Of a stretch of DNA of 38,996 nt, positions 34,801 through 38,996 are shown in pieces. The DNA comes from Pelotomaculum sp. UBA5255. Its GTDB lineage: Bacteria > Bacillota > Desulfotomaculia > Desulfotomaculales > Pelotomaculaceae. Position 1 is the first letter of the stretch. Each line of letters starts with the position of its first letter. The translations under genes were made by a program, and so were the position numbers. Location of the stretch: contig DHTR01000027.1 of the NCBI GenBank assembly GCA_002408725.1, forward strand, positions 1-38,996, in the 5' to 3' direction. The notes under the pieces are model-generated. The model was not told the DNA's origin. It saw only the letters and a program-made list of their open reading frames with translations, and made no database searches.

Positions 34801-35627
34801 CTAAAACTAGGTGGCGGTTGCCCCTTAAGCTCGGCCTGGTCTTTTTCCCTCGCCACACGCCGCTTCGCTTCGCCCTGGACGCTGGCTGGCGAATGCTTAG
34901 ATCAGAAACAGGGGAATTTACTGCTAAAGTCGCGGAAGTTGAAAGAAAAGGTAACAATCCAAATAATGCAGCTAGCGATTGCTTAAAGGATTTACTGCTC
35001 GCCACGTCTGTAAAAATAAAGGTCAATGTTGAAAAGGATCCACCATTCCAAAGCCGTGATCGCCGGATAATATGGGATGTGCCGACAGTGATGGGTGACC
35101 AAAGGACATTTGACGTTTGGTACCCCTGGGTTGAATCTAAAAATAAAGGATATATCCATGTTACGGATTTAGAAGAAGAGGATGAGATCCTTTTTGCCCC
35201 ATCAACCTTTGACTTTCTTGATCTCGACCACCCAGGGAAGCGTTTTCAGCTTTATTACAACTATTCGTTGCACAGACCAGGTAGCAACTCTCCGTATCTA
35301 ATGGAAGAACTGGACTACTTTGATAAGATTTGGACGATAGTGTCCGGCAACAAGGGACTTACAAGCACCCAGATCTATAATGTCTGGTCGCTGCTGTTAG
35401 TAAAGAGGCAAGAGTGGCCTCATGGCAGTGAACGGAATAAGAAAGTCTGGCAGGAGTTCTGCAGACAGGTCATGCTTAATGCCGGGTGGAAGGACGGTTT
35501 ACCGGCTGATGAAGAGTTGGACATTGTGGTCCGTGCGGCAGCGGACGGTGTGCTGTTTGATGTATTAGAGCTTCATTTGACCATTTTAAAATTAAAAACC
35601 AAAAGGGATTTCAAAAGGGATCTATAG
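31890..35627 (+). CDS. cas10: Cas10-like type III large subunit (Cmr2-type), highly divergent; HD motif reads HN, cyclase GGDD/DxD motifs absent, large insertions
   Basis: GTGA overlap with the upstream gene; SD GGAGGGAGG. Collinear Cas10 landmarks: N-terminal GALLHNMGK (H34 N35, position of LLHDIGK); GDTQRPINDVTVWDIGHSGMAFLKSA (the dTR.P..vsLwdH...tsA motif); SFDGLDFLTG (D.sGIQ.FI position); zinc finger CPYC(500-503)...CCPC(535-538); VALVVGEFNIEKI (position of l..DvDnlG); SFARFRRVWETTANFW (SR...lS...FF position); ILAEPRVFAALVPGEKALDIV...LKLGLVFFPRHTPL (position of GGDDlf...SaGi....P). Confidence 0.7.
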   Translation: MSQEDSREKVLNFIGDVKKHRQGVLFASAGALLHNMGKINSKFIRYMINIDPVGEDYEYQHICGLFLEDVRNKNLRVDRKVLLNKGYLELYDRLAGFTVNIDALSEETRNVMKQEISSLPVPFNDRIYRIGDLLEYLSSNWYKKNKTTERLNFKELGIFDSTLLTHLMNCSHHGASGGEKQDICTSQQASRLFIASPFGFEIPLVDISKESECDCYDKLRNRVEEIIQKNLSEPLNPFPIIGFARELRDLLQHALGDTQRPINDVTVWDIGHSGMAFLKSAIWSIYINDKNKSLTHDDLSDCREYPRWRLWRCSFDGLDFLTGAVSIADLNVRQRKFKEYLDEVQCFFEFAFPLGTEIYRDENGSMFIFPDIELDSIEYKAAAELYNRSLVEARGYGIGEHYLDTAIQEIIKNSGATPSTALPMNSIYGIVPQEELAKENYYNHPECKGYGWKVEKRIDVKYIGDQVKEWIANPAAAKPVDRVWQAYFENHAGVNIPDICPYCGLRPVGSGANIVKDDKKECEKYSFMAKQRKICCPCLLKRDESSKTWWNHKRFSTIWIDEVADNNGRVALVVGEFNIEKILDRLFYPYDKETEKEIKYKPYWLDGFPKENTILKIKDKDYHYDGTYLNGPVLFKEDNRKYKKNNIDVYKLDGKEVEPTLKLSFDHLEIPPEKPDEVSIYLADDKLLEKARGMDKGDDWLVLINKKCMFMGKEWKISGQRKLTYYDPDKEIIHEFVCKHFYLEAEEGAVKYYFEPVVEPIRIKPSNSFARFRRVWETTANFWRDILPPEHNYPDIQLWKNALKNSLVIKKWDSTSLRRLKLTLQMNGDNFAFSKYQPYELVGKGFKCSLVFLKTDGQKKHEFVTIENLGYIASQLGVKEKNIADPAGLVKNILEKQSRDTKFQIEETTGYGSPNKIRGNAVLVEVSYDSESFWPFIPILAEPRVFAALVPGEKALDIVKEIKKKYEKEMAKTRWRLPLKLGLVFFPRHTPLRFALDAGWRMLRSETGEFTAKVAEVERKGNNPNNAASDCLKDLLLATSVKIKVNVEKDPPFQSRDRRIIWDVPTVMGDQRTFDVWYPWVESKNKGYIHVTDLEEEDEILFAPSTFDFLDLDHPGKRFQLYYNYSLHRPGSNSPYLMEELDYFDKIWTIVSGNKGLTSTQIYNVWSLLLVKRQEWPHGSERNKKVWQEFCRQVMLNAGWKDGLPADEELDIVVRAAADGVLFDVLELHLTILKLKTKRDFKRDL

Positions 35628-35648
35628 AACAGGAGGTGCTTTTAGAAC

Positions 35649-36686
35649 ATGGTTGATAAAAAAAAGTGCAATTCTTTACACCGTTTTATTCTTGAAACAC
35701 TTGACCCGGTTCATGTCGGCGCCGGTGGTTACCGCATCGGCAGGGTGGACCTATCAATTGTCCGTGAACCTGGGACGCGCCTGCCAAAACTCCCGGGGAC
35801 AGGAATCTCTGGAGCTGTAAGGCACTATGCAACGATCTTTTACGGAAAAACTATTTGTGCCGGTCAGGGTCGGCAGGATGAGGGGGGAAAGCAAGCAGGT
35901 CACTGTGGCCAAAATACCTGTCCGATTTGTTATACCTTTGGCAGTGTCAGTGGGGATAGGTCTTTTGCAGGTACTGTCCATATATTTGATGCCCGGTTGC
36001 TCTTTTTCCCTGTTTACAGTACCGCCGGTCCGGTTTGGGTTACCTGTCCCGATATCCTTCTGGGTTTAGAGCTGGCCGATGAATCCGCTCTTAATGAGGT
36101 TACTGATGATAAGGTGTTGGCGGGGCCGAAGCTTTGTGGTTATCAATACCTGAACCTGGGATGGCTGATGGTTGGAGTAAACAACTATCGTGAGCAAAAA
36201 AAAGAGCAATCGGGTAGTCGAGAGCTTTCGCTATTTAATAACCTTTCGTGTTTACCTGTACCGGTAAAGGAACGCTGTGTTGTGGTCAGTGACACTATTT
36301 TCCCCCATGTCGTTAATTCCAACCTGGAGGTGCGGACTTCCGTCAGTATCGATCCGGAAACCGGAGCTGCCAGGGAAGGCGCTCTTTTCACTTACGAAGC
36401 CATTCCCCGAGCGGCTTTCTTGTGGCTTGACGTATTGGAAAACGATTTCAGAAAAAATGAAAACCAAAAGACTTGGCCAGTAAAGAAAAAGGTGAAATAT
36501 GAGAACCAAAAGTGGCAGGATAATGCCGGAGATAGTTTACCCGAAGCAAATATCTGGGAGACCCCTATTGACGTGGTTAAGACAGGTCTGGAGATGATGG
36601 AATGCATGGGAGTGGGTGGTATGGCGACACGCGGCTTCGGGCGCATCAAGAATCTGGGGGAGGTTGGGATTAATGAAAAACCTTGA
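35649..36686 (+). CDS. cmr4: Type III Cas7 backbone subunit, Cmr4-like
   Basis: SD AGGAGGTG lies 9 nt upstream. Motifs: LETLDPVHVGAGG...GRVDLSIVREPGTRLPKLPGTGISGAVRH (Cmr4 pattern tP.HvG.G....vD.pi.Re..t..P.ipgs.i.Ga.R, Asp34 at the catalytic-Asp position); FGS....AGTVHIFDARLLFFPVYSTAGPVWVTCPDIL (DA.lL.FPVrS..G..wvT.P..L); C-terminal GVGGMATRGFGRI G-rich loop. Confidence 0.75.
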   Translation: MVDKKKCNSLHRFILETLDPVHVGAGGYRIGRVDLSIVREPGTRLPKLPGTGISGAVRHYATIFYGKTICAGQGRQDEGGKQAGHCGQNTCPICYTFGSVSGDRSFAGTVHIFDARLLFFPVYSTAGPVWVTCPDILLGLELADESALNEVTDDKVLAGPKLCGYQYLNLGWLMVGVNNYREQKKEQSGSRELSLFNNLSCLPVPVKERCVVVSDTIFPHVVNSNLEVRTSVSIDPETGAAREGALFTYEAIPRAAFLWLDVLENDFRKNENQKTWPVKKKVKYENQKWQDNAGDSLPEANIWETPIDVVKTGLEMMECMGVGGMATRGFGRIKNLGEVGINEKP

Positions 36687-37215
36687 TTTCTGGGCGGCTG
36701 AGGCCAGTATGAATTTAATCGGTAAAGTAGCCGGGGGGATCGGGCAGGCAAGTCAAGGTAGTAGTAAAAGTGAAGTCAAGGAGTATCAAAAACTGTATGT
36801 CTCTGTCGGAAAATGTATGGGGATATTGCTGGAAAACGGAGTTTACGCCCTCTTTGTTTACCTTTTGGCTAAGAAGACGGACTACAGCGAAATCATATAT
36901 AAAGAATTATATGCTGCCCTCAAGACTTTACAGCAGAATCTTAAAAATGAGCATAATATGGAAGATGATGAAGCCTGTCAACACAACGCCGGTGCCAGAA
37001 AACCAGTTGGACAACAAGAACTGCTATTTGATGCGGAAGATTGTCTTAACTGGCTGCAGAAGGAGGTAATGGAACTTCCAAGGCTTTTGCTGGTCAGGGA
37101 ATACCTGCAGCAGATCCTGGTTTACACACGCTACAGCGCGGCGGCGAAAAAGAAAGAGGCTGAAAGTAATAGAAAAAAAACGGCGGTTCCCGCCGGTGGT
37201 GGTGAGCTGGATTGA
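36673..37215 (+). CDS. cmr5: Type III small subunit, Cmr5/Cas11-like
   Basis: ATG 36673 follows GGGGAGGTTGGG and overlaps the cmr4-like stop by 14 nt; the track start 36616 lies inside cmr4. About 180 aa, predicted all-helical. YQKLYVSVGKCMGILLENGVYALFVYLLAKK resembles the Cmr5 core helix pattern. Position is between the Cmr4-like and Cas5-like genes. Confidence 0.55.
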   Translation: MKNLDFWAAEASMNLIGKVAGGIGQASQGSSKSEVKEYQKLYVSVGKCMGILLENGVYALFVYLLAKKTDYSEIIYKELYAALKTLQQNLKNEHNMEDDEACQHNAGARKPVGQQELLFDAEDCLNWLQKEVMELPRLLLVREYLQQILVYTRYSAAAKKKEAESNRKKTAVPAGGGELD

Positions 37216-38243
37216 CTTGGTCGGCTTTTAGGGTGATTTTCCGTCTTTGCACACCTCTTCACGCAGGATGGAGGAGAGTGGGCAATACCTGGCAGACACG
37301 CACTTACCTCCCCGCGGTAAACCTTTTTAAGGCAGTTGTAGCGCGGTGCACGGAAAAGCAGATATGGTTTGAGAGTGGGGATGAACCCAATCCCTATATC
37401 AGAAAACAGAATTGGTTGCAGCATCGCCTGTTGTTTACATATTTTTTTCCGGCAATTTACCACCAGGGGAAATACCAAGTCTATATTCCCGGTCCCTGTG
37501 ATCGGCGCCTTATTGAATATATGTTTCTTGACTGTTACGGTGGAACGTCTTTGAATCATGCTGCCAGTACAGCGCTGGACGGCAGCCTTCACTACGTGGA
37601 ATATATCAGACCGTTTGCGCGTTCCCTGAGCAAACACGTTCCCTCCCAAGAATCTATTGACTCGTACGGGAACCCGGGCATCCCGACTTTGCTTTACGGT
37701 TATTGCTTTTTTAAAGTCCAAGATAGTGCGAACGGGTGTTCAAAAGGTTCGAGTGATGTTGGCAATTTGCTAAGGCAGGTTTTAAAAAACATTCAGGTGG
37801 GAGGGGAACGTTCCAGCGGTTGGGGAAAGTTGACTCTTGCCGGGGATGGATTCAAAGAGCTTGGTGAAATACCTTCTGACACTAGCCCGGCTATGGATCT
37901 CTTTACTGTAGTAAATTTAGGTGGGCCGCTTGCACGGTTATATATGAAATCCGGTAGCCCCTGCATTAAAGTGGGGGGACAGGAAAAGAAAAAAGAAGGG
38001 TATATCCCGGCCCATCTTAAAGCTGAACCCGGTCTGGTTACAATAAGGGGAAGAAATGAAATGCTATATACTAGAGAGACAATTACTGTGAAAGGAAGGA
38101 CTCAGTTTGGCGGCCGGACTCGAGCAATTCCTTGTCTTGCACCGGGTGCAGTGGTGCAGGTGGAAGGTGATAAGCATGGGGGCTCATGTTTTAGAATTGA
38201 ACCTGTAAGTTGTATCTGGAAACATGATAGTATAAATTCCTGA
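37212..38243 (+). CDS. cmr3: Type III RAMP, Cas5-family (Cmr3 position)
   Basis: TTGA overlap with the upstream stop. RAMP beta1 FRVIFRLCTPLHAGW......TRTYLPAVNLFKAVVA. G-rich loop IQVGGERSSGWGKLTL mid-protein, followed by a second domain. The assignment to Cmr3 rather than another RAMP (for example Cas6-like) rests mainly on gene order. Confidence 0.5.
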   Translation: MTWSAFRVIFRLCTPLHAGWRRVGNTWQTRTYLPAVNLFKAVVARCTEKQIWFESGDEPNPYIRKQNWLQHRLLFTYFFPAIYHQGKYQVYIPGPCDRRLIEYMFLDCYGGTSLNHAASTALDGSLHYVEYIRPFARSLSKHVPSQESIDSYGNPGIPTLLYGYCFFKVQDSANGCSKGSSDVGNLLRQVLKNIQVGGERSSGWGKLTLAGDGFKELGEIPSDTSPAMDLFTVVNLGGPLARLYMKSGSPCIKVGGQEKKKEGYIPAHLKAEPGLVTIRGRNEMLYTRETITVKGRTQFGGRTRAIPCLAPGAVVQVEGDKHGGSCFRIEPVSCIWKHDSINS

Positions 38244-38490
38244 TGTTTTTAATACTAAGTCTTTTTTCCTTGTCAGACAATCACATTGATACTTCCGGTG
38301 CAGTATTTTGTTAACGAGGAGAGATCGATCTTGGGCGGTCGGTGCTTTGAAAACCACTTTGTTATCTAAATAAAAAGCATATCAGCGCATCACCTTATAT
38401 TTTACAGTACCGGGGGTGGAACAGATATAAGGTAACAAGAAATAATGTTGATAAGAGGGTTTTAAAATGAGTGGGAAATAGGATAAACAT

Positions 38491-38543
38491 AAAACCCCGT
38501 CGCCTACATGGATTAGCATATGCGAAGGGGTTTTCCTTTTTAT
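38491..38543 (+). other. Strong hairpin followed by T-run (terminator-like or small structured RNA) downstream of the cas operon
   Basis: aaaaccccgtcgc (38491-38503) / 18-nt loop / gcgaaggggtttt (38522-38534). That is 12 of 13 positions paired, then cctttttat. It lies about 250 nt after the cmr3-like stop. Confidence 0.35.
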
Positions 38544-38996
38544 CCGCACTTTCCCCATTGATTGACATGTGCCGTTCGTTTATCCACAATGAATGGCATG
38601 GACCATCTTTTACTGACGGCTGGCTTCTCGTTATATTGGCGGCTTGTCGTTACACTTCTACCGCCATTGTCGGAGAGAAAGGCGCCGTCAAATTAGGTGA
38701 GAAGCAACATTATTTGGCTAAAATGGGTTAAAGTTGTAAATACAGGTAGGATAATATGAGATTTCACCATGGGTGGGAACTGGAGCTTGATTTTACCGGC
38801 TTAATCGAACGTGAGACGGATATTTATTCCATATTGCACTCCACTGTGGAGAACCGTACACTTGAAAGCTGCCGCAGGTGCGGATTTTAGTTTTTTTGCA
38901 CGAAATATTCAACAAGTGCTTCACTCAATAACACAGGTGGTCATTGTAAGTGTATTTACAAGCTCTTGACAGGAAGCTTTATAGCCCCCTAAACAA

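Noticed and set aside
36616-36672. Track-suggested upstream start (36616) for the Cmr5-like ORF.
   Set aside because: That extension lies entirely within the cmr4-like coding sequence in another frame. ATG 36673 has a good SD (GGGGAGGTTGGG) and gives a typical small-subunit length.
38471-38731. 86-aa plus-strand ORF and the 64-aa minus-strand ORF (38395-38589) downstream of the cas operon.
   Set aside because: Both span the strong hairpin at 38491-38543, lack convincing SD sequences, and have no recognisable motifs. There is not enough evidence to call either a gene.

Overview
This 39-kb window looks like it comes from a monoderm, S-layer-bearing Firmicute. A Desulfotomaculum/Pelotomaculum-like Clostridia lineage is my guess from gene content only. 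All calls rest on motifs read by eye from the ORF translations; no searches were run.

Layout, left to right:
(1) 1-5658: the 3' 5.6 kb of a giant RCC1-propeller / cadherin-like-module surface protein. It carries a 1257-nt internal repeat.
(2) 5.8-17.2 kb: a co-directional block of seven secreted or envelope proteins. Five have triple SLH anchors and six carry a sulfite-oxidase-fold (Oxidored_molyb-like) module. The block ends in a translationally coupled MotA/TolQ/ExbB proton-channel homolog plus a small DUF2149/ExbD-position protein.
(3) 17.4-20.4 kb: an ECF transporter (S, A, A', T).
(4) comEC.
(5) Minus strand: cfa and a four-gene Na+-translocating methylmalonyl-CoA-decarboxylase-type operon (A-D-C-B order).
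(6) 28-38.2 kb: a visibly AT-richer island. It starts with a DUF6431-like zinc-ribbon gene, followed by a tightly coupled six-gene type III CRISPR-Cas effector operon in the subtype III-C gene order (cmr1-like, cmr6-like, cas10-like, cmr4-like, cmr5-like, cmr3-like).

The most interesting points:
- The Cas10-like protein appears to have lost both canonical active sites (HD reads HN; no GGDD or DxD at the aligned Palm positions). It also carries large insertions.
- The window shows no CRISPR array, cas6, adaptation genes or cOA-dependent effector.
- The SLH / SUOX-fold paralog array coupled to an ExbB-like motor in a monoderm is a candidate uncharacterised envelope system.
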